Positions 1 to 12,400 of a stretch of 64,000 bases of DNA are shown here, piece by piece. Each line of letters opens with the position of its first letter. Position 1 is the stretch's first letter. Below the pieces are notes generated by a model. It had not been told where the DNA came from, searched no databases, and saw nothing but the letters and a program-made list of their open reading frames with translations. The stretch is from the NCBI GenBank assembly GCA_040954595.2, contig CM082590.2, positions 2,170,001 through 2,234,000 of the forward strand. Direction: 5' to 3'. The stretch comes from Balanoglossus misakiensis. Taxonomy: Eukaryota; Animalia; Hemichordata. Made by a program: the position numbers and the translations under genes.

Positions 1-799
1 GCCCTAGCAAGGTCCAGGGGTACCAATTCTCAGCCCTAGCAAGGGCCAGGGTTACTTATTCTCTGCCCTAGCAAGGGCCAGTGGTACCAATTCTCTGCCC
101 TAACAAGATCCAGGGGTACCAATTCTCTGCCCTAGCAAGATCCAGGGGTACTTATTCTCTGCCCTATCAAGGTCCAGGGGTACAAATTCTCTGCCCTAGC
201 AAGGGCCAGGGGTACTTATTCACTGGCCTAGCAAGGTCCATGGGTTCTTATTCTCTGCCCTAGCAAGGTCCAGGGGTACCAATTCTCAGCCCTAGCAAGG
301 GCCAGGGTTACTTATTCTCTGCCCTAGCAAGGGCCAGTGGTACCAATTCTCTGCCCTAGCAAGATCCAGGGGTACAAATTCTCTGCCCTAGCAAGGGCCA
401 GGGGTACCAATTCTCTGCCCTAGAAAGGTCCAGGGGTACCAATTCTCTGCCCTATCAAGGTCCATGGGTTCTTATTCTTTGCCCTAGCAAGGTCCAGGGG
501 TACCAATTCTCTGCCCTAGCAAGATCCAGGGGTACAATTTCTCTGCCCTAGCAAGGTCCAGGGGTACCAATTCTCTGCCCTTGCATGGTCCAGGGGTACT
601 TATTCTCTGCCCTAGCAAGGTCCGGGGGTACCAATTCTCTGCCCTAGCAAGGGCCAGGGGTACTTATTCACTGGCCTAGCAAGGTCCATGGGTTCTTATT
701 CTCTGCCCTAGCAAGGTCCAGGGGTACCAATTCTCAGCCCTAGCAAGGGCCAGGGTTACTTATTCTCATCCCTAGCAAGGGCCAGTGGTACCAATTCTC

Positions 800-3700
800 T
801 GCCCTAGCAAGATCCAGGGGTACAAATTCTCTGCCCTAGCAAGGGCCAGGGGTACCAATTCTCTGCCCTAGCAAGGTCCAGGGGTACCAATTCTCTGCCC
901 TATCAAGGTCCATGGGTTCTTATTCTCTGCCCTAGCAAGGTCCAGGGGTACCAATTCTCTGCCCTAGCAAGGTCCAGGGGTACCAATTCTCAGCCCTTGC
1001 ATGGTCCAGGGGTACCAATTCTCTGCCCTAGCAAGGGCCAGGGGTACTTATTCACTGGCCTAGCAAGGTCCATGGGTTCTTATTCTCTGCCCTAGCAAGG
1101 TCCAGGGGTACCAATTCTCTGCCCTAGCAAGGGCCAGGGGTACTTATTCACTGGCCTAGCAAGGTCCATGGGTTCTTATTCTCTGCCCTAGCAAGGGCCA
1201 GGGGTACCAATTCTCTGCCCTAGCAAGGGCCAGGGGTACCAATTCTCTGCCCTAGCAAGGTCCAAGGGAACTTATTCTCTGCCCTATCAAGGTCCATGGG
1301 TTCTTATTCTCTGCCCTAGCAAGGTCCAGGGGTACCAATTCTCTGCCCTATCAAGGTCCATGGGTTCTTATTCTCTGCCCTAGCAAGGTCCAGGGGTACC
1401 AATTCTCTGCCCTAGCAAGGGCCAGGGGTACTTATTCTCTGCCCTAGCAAGGGCCAGGGGTACCAATTCTCTGCCCTCGCAAGGGCCAGGGGTACTTATT
1501 CTCTGCCCTAGCAAGGGCCAGTGGTACCAATTCTCTGCCCTAGCAAGGTCCAGGGGAACTTATTCTCTGCCCTATCAAGGTCCATGGGTTCTTATTCTCT
1601 GCCCTAGCAAGGGCCAGGGGTACCAATTCTCTGCCCTAGCAAGGTCCATGGGTTCTTATTCTCTGCCCTAGCAAGGTCCAGGGGTACCAATTCTCTGCCC
1701 TAGCAAGGTCCAGGGGTACTTATTCTCTGCCCTAGCAAGGGCCAGGGGTACTTATTCTCTGCCCTAGCAAGGGCCAGGGGTACAAATTCTCTGCCCTAGT
1801 GAGGTCCAGGGGTACCAATTCTCTGCCCTAGCAAGGTCCAGGGGTACTTATTCTCTGCCCTAGCAAGGGCCAGGGGTACCAATTCACAGCCCTAGCAAGG
1901 GCCAGGGGTACCAATTCTCTGCCCTAGCAAGGGCCAGGGGTACTTATTCTCTGCCCTAGCAAGGGCCAGTGGTACTAATTCTCTGCCCTAGCAAGGTCCA
2001 GGGGAACTTATTCTCTGCCCTATCAAGGTCCATGGGTTCTTATTCTCTGCCCTAGCAAGGGCCAGGGGTACCAATTCTCTGCCCTAGCAAGGTCCATGGG
2101 TTCTTATTCTCTGCCCTAGCAAGGTCCAGGGGTACCAATTCTCTGCCCTAGCAAGGGCCAGGGGTACTTATTCTCTGCCCTAGGAAGGGCCAGGGGTACC
2201 AATTCTCTGCCCTAGCAAGGGCCAGGGGTACCAATTCTCTGCCCTAACAAGGGCCAGGGGTACCAATTCTCTGCCCTAGCAAGGTCCAGGGGAACTTATT
2301 CTCTGCCCTATCAAGGTCCATGGGTTCTTATTCTCTGCCCTAACAAGGTCCAGGGGTACCAATTCTCTGCCCTATCAGGGTCCATGGGTTCTTATTCTCT
2401 GCCCTAGCAAGGTCCAGGGGTACCAATTCTCTGCCCTAGCAAGGGCCAGGGGTACCAATTCTCTGCCCTAGCAGGGGCCAGGGGTACCAATTCTGTGCCC
2501 TAGCAAGGGCCAGGGGTACCAATTCTCTGCCCTAGCAAGGTCCAGGGGTACTTATTCTCTGCCCTATCAAGGTCCATGGGTTCTTATTCTCTGCCCTAGC
2601 AAGGTCCAGTGGTACCAATTCTCTGCCCTAGCAAGGTCCAGGGGTACAAATTCTCTGCCCTAGCAAGGGCCAGGGGTACCAATTCTCTGCCCTAGCAAGG
2701 TCCAGGGGTACCAATTCTCTGCCCTATCAAGGTCCATGGGTTCTTATTCTCTGCCCTAGCAAGGTCCAGGGGTACCAATTCTCTGCCCTAGCAAGGTCCA
2801 GGGGTACCAATTCTCAGCCCTTGCATGGTCCAGGGGTACCAATTCTCTGCCCTAGCAAGGGCCAGGGGTACTTATTCACTGGCCTAGCAAGGTCCATGGG
2901 TTCTTATTCTCTGCCCTAGCAAGGTCCAGGGGTACCAATTCTCTGCCCTAGCAAGGGCCAGGGGTACTTATTCACTGGCCTAGCAAGGTCCATGGGTTCT
3001 TATTCTCTGCCCTAGCAAGGGCCATGGGTTCTTATTCTCTGCCCTAGCAAGGTCCAGTGGTACCAATTCTCTGCCCTAGCAAGGTCCAGGGGTACAAATT
3101 CTCTGCCCTAGCAAGGGCCAGGGGTACCAATTCTCTGCCCTAGCAAGGTGCAGGGGTACCAATTCTCTGCCCTATCAAGGTCCATGGGTTCTTATTCTCT
3201 GCCCTAGCAAGGTCCAGGGGTACCAATTCTCTGCCCTAGCAAGGTCCAGGGGTACCAATTCTCAGCCCTTGCATGGTCCAGGGGTACCAATTCTCTGCCC
3301 TAGCAAGGGCCAGGGGTACTTATTCACTGGCCTAGCAAGGTCCATGGGTTCTTATTCTCTGCCCTAGCAAGGTCCAGGGGTACCAATTCTCTGCCCTAGC
3401 AAGGGCCAGGGGTACTTATTCACTGGCCTAGCAAGGTCCATGGGTTCTTATTCTCTGCCCTAGCAAGGGCCAGGGGTACCAATTCTCTGCCCTAGCAAGG
3501 GCCAGGGGTACCAATTCTCTGCCCTAGCAAGGTCCAAGGGAACTTATTCTCTGCCCTATCAAGGTCCATGGGTTCTTATTCTCTGCCCTAGCAAGGTCCA
3601 GGGGTACCAATTCTCTGCCCTATCAAGGTCCATGGGTTCTTATTCTCTGCCCTAGCAAGGTCCAGGGGTACCAATTCTCTGCCCTAGCAAGGGCCAGGGG

Positions 3701-4960
3701 TACTTATTCTCTGCCCTAGCAAGGGCCAGGGGTACCAATTCTCTGCCCTCGCAAGGGCCAGGGGTACTTATTCTCTGCCCTAGCAAGGGCCAGTGGTACC
3801 AATTCTCTGCCCTAGCAAGGTCCAGGGGAACTTATTCTCTGCCCTATCAAGGTCCATGGGTTCTTATTCTCTGCCCTAGCAAGGGCCAGGGGTACCAATT
3901 CTCTGCCCTAGCAAGGTCCATGGGTTCTTATTCTCTGCCCTAGCAAGGTCCAGGGGTACCAATTCTCTGCCCTAGCAAGGTCCAGGGGTACTTATTCTCT
4001 GCCCTAGCAAGGGCCAGGGGTACTTATTCTCTGCCCTAGCAAGGGCCAGGGGTACAAATTCTCTGCCCTAGTGAGGTCCAGGGGTACCAATTCTCTGCCC
4101 TAGCAAGGTCCAGGGGTACTTATTCTCTGCCCTAGCAAGGGCCAGGGGTACCAATTCACAGCCCTAGCAAGGGCCAGGGGTACCAATTCTCTGCCCTAGC
4201 AAGGGCCAGGGGTACTTATTCTCTGCCCTAGCAAGGGCCAGTGGTACTAATTCTCTGCCCTAGCAAGGTCCAGGGGAACTTATTCTCTGCCCTATCAAGG
4301 TCCATGGGTTCTTATTCTCTGCCCTAGCAAGGGCCAGGGGTACCAATTCTCTGCCCTAGCAAGGTCCATGGGTTCTTATTCTCTGCCCTAGCAAGGTCCA
4401 GGGGTACCAATTCTCTGCCCTAGCAAGGGCCAGGGGTACTTATTCTCTGCCCTAGGAAGGGCCAGGGGTACCAATTCTCTGCCCTAGCAAGGGCCAGGGG
4501 TACCAATTCTCTGCCCTAACAAGGGCCAGGGGTACCAATTCTCTGCCCTAGCAAGGTCCAGGGGAACTTATTCTCTGCCCTATCAAGGTCCATGGGTTCT
4601 TATTCTCTGCCCTAACAAGGTCCAGGGGTACCAATTCTCTGCCCTATCAGGGTCCATGGGTTCTTATTCTCTGCCCTAGCAAGGTCCAGGGGTACCAATT
4701 CTCTGCCCTAGCAAGGGCCAGGGGTACCAATTCTCTGCCCTAGCAGGGGCCAGGGGTACCAATTCTGTGCCCTAGCAAGGGCCAGGGGTACCAATTCTCT
4801 GCCCTAGCAAGGTCCAGGGGTACTTATTCTCTGCCCTATCAAGGTCCATGGGTTCTTATTCTCTGCCCTAGCAAGGTCCAGTGGTACCAATTCTCTGCCC
4901 TAGCAAGGTCCAGGGGTACAAATTCTCTGCCCTAGCAAGGGCCAGGGGTACCAATTCTCT
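800..4960 (+). repeat. Segmental duplication with 2272-bp period (71 monomers)
   Basis: Private variants recur at +2272: gccctcgc 1473/3745, gccctagtgagg 1793/4065, gccctaggaagg 2177/4449, gccctagcagggg 2465/4737. Confidence 0.92.
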
Positions 4961-5790
4961 GCCCTAGCAAGGGCCAGGGGTACCAATTCTCTGCCCTAGC
5001 AAGGTCCAGGGGAACTTATTCTCTGCCCTATCAAGGTCCATGGGTTCTTATTCTCTGCCCTAGCAAGGTCCAGGGGTACCAATTCTCTGCCCTATCAAGG
5101 TCCATGGGTTCTTATTCTCTGCCCTAGCATGGTCCAGGGGTACCAATTCTCTGCCCTAGCAAGATCCAGGGGTACCAATTCTCTGCCCTAGCAAGGGCCA
5201 GGGGTACCAATTCTCTGCCCTAGCAAGGTCCAGGGGAACTTATTCTCTGCCTATCAAGGTCCATGGGTTCTTATTCTCTGCCCTAGCAAGGGCCAGGGGT
5301 ACCAATTCTCTGCCCTAGCAAGGTCCAGGGGTACTTATTCTCTGCCCTATCAAGGTCCATGGGTTCTTATTCTCTGCCCTAGCAAGGTCCAGTGGTACCA
5401 ATTCTCTGCCCTAGCAAGGTCCAGGGGTACAAATTCTCTGCCCTAGCAAGGGCCAGGGGTACCAATTCTCTGCCCTAGCAAGGGCCAGGGGTACCAATTC
5501 TCTGCCCTAGCAAGGTCCAGGGGAACTTATTCTCTGCCCTATCAAGGTCCATGGGTTCTTATTCTCTGCCCTAGCAAGGTCCAGGGGTACCAATTCTCTG
5601 CCCTATCAAGGTCCATGGGTTCTTATTCTCTGCCCTAGCATGGTCCAGGGGTACCAATTCTCTGCCCTAGCAAGATCCAGGGGTACCAATTCTCTGCCCT
5701 AGCAAGGGCCAGGGGTACCAATTCTCTGCCCTAGCAAGGTCCAGGGGAACTTATTCTCTGCCTATCAAGGTCCATGGGTTCTTATTCTCT
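4769..5790 (+). repeat. Tandem duplication of a 511-bp unit (16 monomers, one of 31 bp)
   Basis: The 1-bp-deleted monomer gcctatcaagg occurs at 5249 and 5760; flanking monomer order is identical (4801 vs 5312). Confidence 0.9.
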
Positions 5791-8700
5791 GCCCTAGCAA
5801 GGCCCAGGGGTACCAATTCTCTGCCCTAGCAAGATCCAGGGGTACAAATTCTCTGCCCTAGCAAGGGCCAGGGGTACCAATTCGTTGCCCTAGCAAGGGC
5901 CAGGGGTACCAATTCTCTGCCCTAGCAAGGTCCAGGGGAACTTATTCTCTGCCCTATCAAGGTCCATGGGTTCTTATTCTCTGCCCTAGCAAGGTCCAGG
6001 GGTACCAATTCTCTGCCCTATCAAGGTCCATGGGTTCTTATTCTCTGCCCTAGCAAGGTCCAGGGGTACCAATTCTCTGCCCTAGCAAGGGCCAGGGGTA
6101 CTTATTCTCTGCCCTAGCAAGGGCCAGGGGTACCAATTCTCTGCCCTAGCAAGCGCCAGGGGTACCAATTCTCTGCCCTAGCAAGGGCCAGGGGTACCAA
6201 TTCTCTGCCCTAGCAAGGTCCAGGGGTACTTATTCTCTGCCCTATCAAGGTCCATGAGTTCTTATTCTCTGCCCTAGCAAGGTCCAGGGGTACCAATTCT
6301 CTGCCCTAGCAAGGTCCAGGGGTACTTATTCTCTGCCCTAGCAAGGGCCAGGGGTACTTATTCTCTGCCCTTGCAAGGGCCAGGGGTACCAATTCTCTGC
6401 CCTAGCAAGGGCCAGGGTTACTTATTCTCTGCCCGATCAAGGTCCATGGGTCCTTATTCTCTGCCCTAGCAAGGTCCAGGGGTACCAATTCTCTGCCCTA
6501 GCAAGGGCCAGGGGTACTTATTCTCTGCCCTATCAAGGTCCAGGGGTACTTATTCTCAGCCCTAGCAAGGTCCAGGGGTACCAATTCTCTGCCCTAGCAA
6601 GGGCCAGGGGTACTTATTCTCTGCCCTAGCAAGGGAGAGGAGTGCCAATTCTCTGCCCTAGCAAGGGCCAGAGGTACTTATTCTCTGCCCTAGCAAGGGC
6701 CAGGGGTACTTATTCTCTGCCCTAGCAATGGCCAGAGGTACTTATTCTCTGTCCTATCAAGGTCCATGGGTTCTTATTCTGTGCCCTAGCAAGGTCCAGG
6801 GGTACTTATTCGCTGTCCTATCAAGGTCCATGGGTTCTATTTCTGTGCCCTAGCAAGGGCCAGGGGTACTTATTCTATGCCCTAGCAAGGTCCAGGGGTA
6901 CCAATTCTCAGCCCTAGCATGGTCCAGGGGTACCAATTCTCTGCCCTAGCAAGGTCCAGGGGTACTTATTCGCTGTCCTATCAAGGTCCATGGGTTCTTA
7001 TTCTGTGCCCTAGCAAGGTCCAGGGGTACTTATTCGCTGTCCTATCAAGGTCCATGGGTTCTATTTCTGTGCCCTAGCAAGGGCCAGGGGTACTTATTCT
7101 ATGCCCTAGCAAGGTCCAGGGGTACCAATTCTCAGCCCTAGCATGGTCCAGGGGTACCAATTCTCTGCCCTAGCAAGGTCCAGGGGTACTTATTCGCTGT
7201 CCTATCAAGGTCCATGGGTTCTTATTCTGTGCCCTAGCAAGGGCCAGGGGTACTTATTCTATGCCCTAGCAAGGTCCAGGGGTACCAATTCTCAGCCCTA
7301 GCATGGTCCAGGGGTACCAATTCTCTGCCCTAGCAAGGTCCAGGGGTACTTATTCTCTGCCCTAGCAAGGTCCAGGGGTACCAATTCTCAGCCCTAGCAA
7401 GGGCCAGGGGTACTTATTCACTGGCCTAGCAAGGTCCATGGGTTCTTATTCTCTGCCCTAGCAAGGTCCAGGGGTACCAATTCTCTGCCCTAGCAAGGTC
7501 CAGGGGTACCAATTCTCTGCCCTTTCATGGTCCAGGGGTACTTATTCTCTGCCCTAGCAAGGTCCAGGGGTACCAATTCTCTGCCCTAGCAAGGTCCAGA
7601 GGCACTTATTCACTGGCCTAGCAAGGTCCATGGGTACTTATTCTCTGCCTTAGCAAGGTCCAGGGGTACCAATTCACTGCCCTAGCAAGGGCCAGGGGTA
7701 CCAATTCACAGCCCTAGCAAGGGCCAGGGGTACTTATTCTCTGCCCTAGCAAGGTCCAGGGGTACCAATTCTCTGCCCTAGCAAGGTCCAGAGGCACTTA
7801 TTCACTGGCCTAGCAAGGTCCATGGGTACTTATTCTCTGCCTTAGCAAGGTCCTGGGGTACCAATTCTCTGCCCTAGCAAGGGCCAGGGGTACCAATTCA
7901 CAGCCCTAGCAAGGGCCAGGGGTACTTATTCTCTGCCCTAGCAAGGTCCAGGGGTACCAATTCTCTGCCCTAGCAAGGGCCAGGGGTACTTATTCTCTGC
8001 CCTAGCAAGGGCCAGGGGTACCAATTCTCTGCCCTAGCAAGGGCCAGGGGTACCAATTCTCTGCCCTAGCAAGGGCCAGGGGTACCAATTCTCTGCCCTA
8101 GCAAGGTCCAGGGGTACTTATTCTCTTCCCTATCAAGGTCCATGGGTTCTTATTCTCTGCTCTAGCAAGGTCCAGGGGTACCAATTCTCTGCCCTAGCAA
8201 GGTCCAGGGGTACTTATTCTCTGCCCTAGCAAGGGCCAGGGGTACTTATTCTCAGCCCTAGCAAGGGCCAGGGGTACAAATTCTCTGCCCTAGCAAGGTC
8301 CAGGGGTACCAAATCTCTGCCCTAGCAAGGGCCAGGGGTACCAATTCTCTGCCCTAGCAAGGGCCAGGGGTACCAATTCTCTGCCCTAGCAAGGTCCAGG
8401 GGTACTTATTCTCTGCCCTATCAAGGTCCAGGGGTACTTATTCTCAGCCCTAGCAAGGTCCAGAGGTACTTATTCTCTGCCCTAGCAAGGGCCAGGGGTA
8501 CTTATTCTCTGCCCTAGCAAGGGCCAGGGGTACTTATTCTCTGTCCTATCAAGGTCCATGGGTTCTTATTCTGTGCCCTAGCAAGGTCCAGGGGTACTTA
8601 TTCGCTGTCCTATCAAGGTCCATGGGTTCTTATTCTGTGCCCTAGCAAGGTCCAGGGGTACTTATTCTCTGCCCTAGCAAGGTCCAGGGGTACCAATTCT

Positions 8701-9439
8701 CAGCCCTAGCAAGGGCCAGGGGTACTTATTCACTGGCCTAGCAAGGTCCATGGGTTCTTATTCTCTGCCCTAGCAAGGTCCAGGGGTACCAATTCTCTGC
8801 CCTTGCATGTTCCAGGGGTACCAATTCTCTGCCCTAGCAAGGTCCAGGGGTACCAATTCTCTGCCCTTGCATGGTCCAGGGGTACTTATTCTCTGCCCTA
8901 GCAAGGTCCAGGGGTACCAATTCTCTGCCCTAGCAAGGTCCAGAGGCACTTATTCACTGGCCTAGCAAGGTCCATGGGTACTTATTCTCTGCCTTAGCAA
9001 GGTCCAGGGGTACCAATTCTCTGCCCTAGCAAGGGCCAGGGGTACCAATTCACAGCCCTAGCAAGGGCCAGGGGTACTTATTCTCTGCCCTAGCAAGGTC
9101 CAGGGGTACCAATTCTCTGCCCTAGCAAGGTCCAGAGGCACTTATTCACTGGCCTAGCAAGGTCCATGGGTACTTATTCTCTGCCTTAGCAAGGTCCAGG
9201 GGTACCAATTCTCTGCCCTAGCAAGGGCCAGGGGTACCAATTCACAGCCCTAGCAAGGGCCAGGGGTACTTATTCTCTGCCCTAGCAAGGTCCAGGGGTA
9301 CCAATTCTCTGCCCTAGCAAGGGCCAGGGGTACCAATTCTCTGCCCTAGCAAGGGCCAGGGGTACCAATTCTCTGCCCTAGCAAGGGCCAGGGGTACCAA
9401 TTCTCTGCCCTAGCAAGGTCCAGGGGTACTTTTTCTCTG

Positions 9440-12400
9440 CCCTAGCAAGGTCCAGGGGTACCAATTCTCTGCCCTAGCAAGGGCCAGGGGTACCAATTCT
9501 CTGCCCTAGCAAGGGCCATGGGTACCAATTCTCTGCCCTAGCAAGGGCCAGGGGTACCAATTCTCTGCCCTATCAAGGTCCATGGGTTCTTTTTCTCTGC
9601 CCTAGCAAGGTCCAGGGGTACCAATTCTCTGCCCTAGCAAGGTCCAGGGGTACTTATTCTCTGCCCTAGCAAGGGCCAGGGGTACAAATTCTCTGCCCTA
9701 GCAAGGTCCAGGGGTACCAATTCTCTGCCCTAGCAAGGGCCAGGGGTACCAATTCTCTGCCCTAGCAAGGTCCAGGGGTACTTATTCTCTGCCCTAGCAA
9801 GGTCCAGGGGTACCAATTCTCTGCCCTAGCAAGGGCCAGGGGTACTTATTCTCTGCCCTAGCAAGGGCCAGTGGTACCAATTCTCTGCCCTAGCAAGGTC
9901 CAGGGGAACTTATTCTCTGCCCTATCAAGGTCCATGGGTTCTTATTCTCTGCCCTAGCAAGGGCCAGGGGTACCAATTCTCTGCCCTAGCAAGGGCCAGG
10001 GGTACCAATTCTCTGCCCTAGCAAGGGCCAGGGGTACTTATTCACTGGCCTAGCAAGGTCCATGGGTTCTTATTCTCTGCCCTAGCAAGGTCCAGGGGTA
10101 CCAATTCTCTGCCCTTGCATGGTCCAGGGGTACCAATTCTCTGCCCTAGCAAGGTCCAGGGGTACCAATTCTCTGCCCTTGCATGGTCCAGGGGTACTTA
10201 TTCTCTGCCCTTGCAAGGTCCAGGGGTACCAAATCTCTACCCTAGCAAGGTCCAGAGGCACTTATTCACTGGCCTAGCAAGGTCCATGGGTACTTATTCT
10301 CTGCCTTAGCAAGGTCCAGGGGTACCAATTCTCTGCCCTAGCAAGGGCCAGGGGTACCAATTCACAGCCCTAGCAAGGGCCAGGGGTACTTATTCTCTGC
10401 CCTAGCAAGGTCCAGGGGTACCAATTCTCTGCCCTAGCAAGGTCCAGAGGCACTTATTCACTGGCCTAGCAAGGTCCATGGGTACTTATTCTCTGCCTTA
10501 GCAAGGTCCAGGGGTACCAATTCTCTGCCCTAGCAAGGGCCAGGGGTACCAATTCACAGCCCTAGCAAGGGCCAGTGGTACTTATTCTCTGCCCTAGCAA
10601 GGTCCAGGGGTACCAATTCTCTGCCCTAGCAAGGTCCATGGGTTCTTATTCTCTGCCCTAGCAAGGTCCAGGGGTACCAATTCTCTGCCCTAGCAAGGTC
10701 CAGGGGTACTTATTCTCTTCCCTAGCAAGGGCCAGGGGTACTTATTCTCAGCCCTAGCAAGGGCCAGGGGTACAAATTCTCTGCCCTAGCAAGGTCCAGG
10801 GGTACCAATTCTCTGCCCTAGCAAGGGCCAGGGGTACCAATTCTCTGCCCTAGCAAGGTCCAGGGGTACTTATTCTCTGCCCTATCAAGGTCCATGGGTT
10901 CTTATTCTCTGCCCTGGCTAGGTCCAGGGGTACCAATTCTCTGCCCTATCAAGGTCCATGGGTTCTTATTCTCTGCCCTAGCAAGGTCCAGGGGTACCAA
11001 TTCTCTGCCCTAGCAAGGTCCAGGGGTACTTATTCTCTGCCCTATCAAGGTCCAGGGGTACTTATTCTCTGCCCTAGCAAGGTCCAGGGGTACCAATTCT
11101 CTGCCCTAGCAAGGGCCAGTGGTACTTATTCTCTGCTCTAGCAAGGGCCAGTGGTACCAATTCTCTGCCCTAGCAAGGTCCAGGGGAACTTATTCTCTGC
11201 CCTATCAAGGTCCATGGGTTCTTATTCTCTGCCCTAGCAAGGGCCAGGGGTACCAATTCTCTGCCCTAGCAAGGGCCAGGGGTACCAATTCTCTGCCCTA
11301 GCAAGGTCCAGAGGCACTTATTCACTGGCCTAGCAAGGTCCATGGGTACTTATTCTCTGCCTTAGCAAGGTCCAGGGGTACCAATTCTCTGCCCAAGCAA
11401 GGGCCAGGGGTACCAATTCACAGCCCTAGCAAGGGCCAGGGGTACTTATTCTCTGCCCTAGCAAGGTCCAGGGGTACAAATTCTCTGCCCTAGCAAGGGC
11501 CAGAGGTACTTATTCTCTGCCCTAGCAAGGTCCAGGGGTACCAATTCTCTGCCCTAGCAAGGGCCAGGGGTACCAATTCTCTGCCCTAGCAAGGGCCATG
11601 GGTACCAATTCTCTGCCCTAGCAAGGGCCAGGGGTACCAATTCTCTGCCCTATCAAGGTCCATGGGTTCTTTTTCTCTGCCCTAGCAAGGTCCAGGGGTA
11701 CCAATTCTCTGCCCTAGCAAGGTCCAGGGGTACTTATTCTCTGCCCTAGCAAGGGCCAGGGGTACAAATTCTCTGCCCTAGCAAGGTCCAGGGGTACCAA
11801 TTCTCTGCCCTAGCAAGGGCCAGGGGTACCAATTCTCTGCCCTAGCAAGGTCCAGGGGTACTTATTCTCTGCCCTAGCAAGGTCCAGGGGTACCAATTCT
11901 CTGCCCTAGCAAGGGCCAGGGGTACTTATTCTCTGCCCTAGCAAGGGCCAGTGGTACCAATTCTCTGCCCTAGCAAGGTCCAGGGGAACTTATTCTCTGC
12001 CCTATCAAGGTCCATGGGTTCTTATTCTCTGCCCTAGCAAGGGCCAGGGGTACCAATTCTCTGCCCTAGCAAGGGCCAGGGGTACCAATTCTCTGCCCTA
12101 GCAAGGGCCAGGGGTACTTATTCACTGGCCTAGCAAGGTCCATGGGTTCTTATTCTCTGCCCTAGCAAGGTCCAGGGGTACCAATTCTCTGCCCTTGCAT
12201 GGTCCAGGGGTACCAATTCTCTGCCCTAGCAAGGTCCAGGGGTACCAATTCTCTGCCCTTGCATGGTCCAGGGGTACTTATTCTCTGCCCTTGCAAGGTC
12301 CAGGGGTACCAATTCTCTACCCTAGCAAGGTCCAGAGGCACTTATTCACTGGCCTAGCAAGGTCCATGGGTACTTATTCTCTGCCTTAGCAAGGTCCAGG

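Noticed and set aside
573-600. p53 half-site resemblance (TAGCAAGGTC / TTGCATGGTC vs RRRCWWGYYY)
   Set aside because: Two or three mismatches per half-site, and half-sites are 22 bp apart instead of adjacent.
7583-7614. CTCF-like motif in GTCCAGAGGCAC / CCAGGGGCAC variants
   Set aside because: One G short of the CCASYAGRKGGCRS core and lacking the upstream CCAS; the match is too weak.
9311-9410. G-quadruplex from GGG-CCA-GGGG in consecutive G-type monomers
   Set aside because: Only two G-tracts per monomer; four tracts need a 22-nt loop containing a competing CCC and hairpin.
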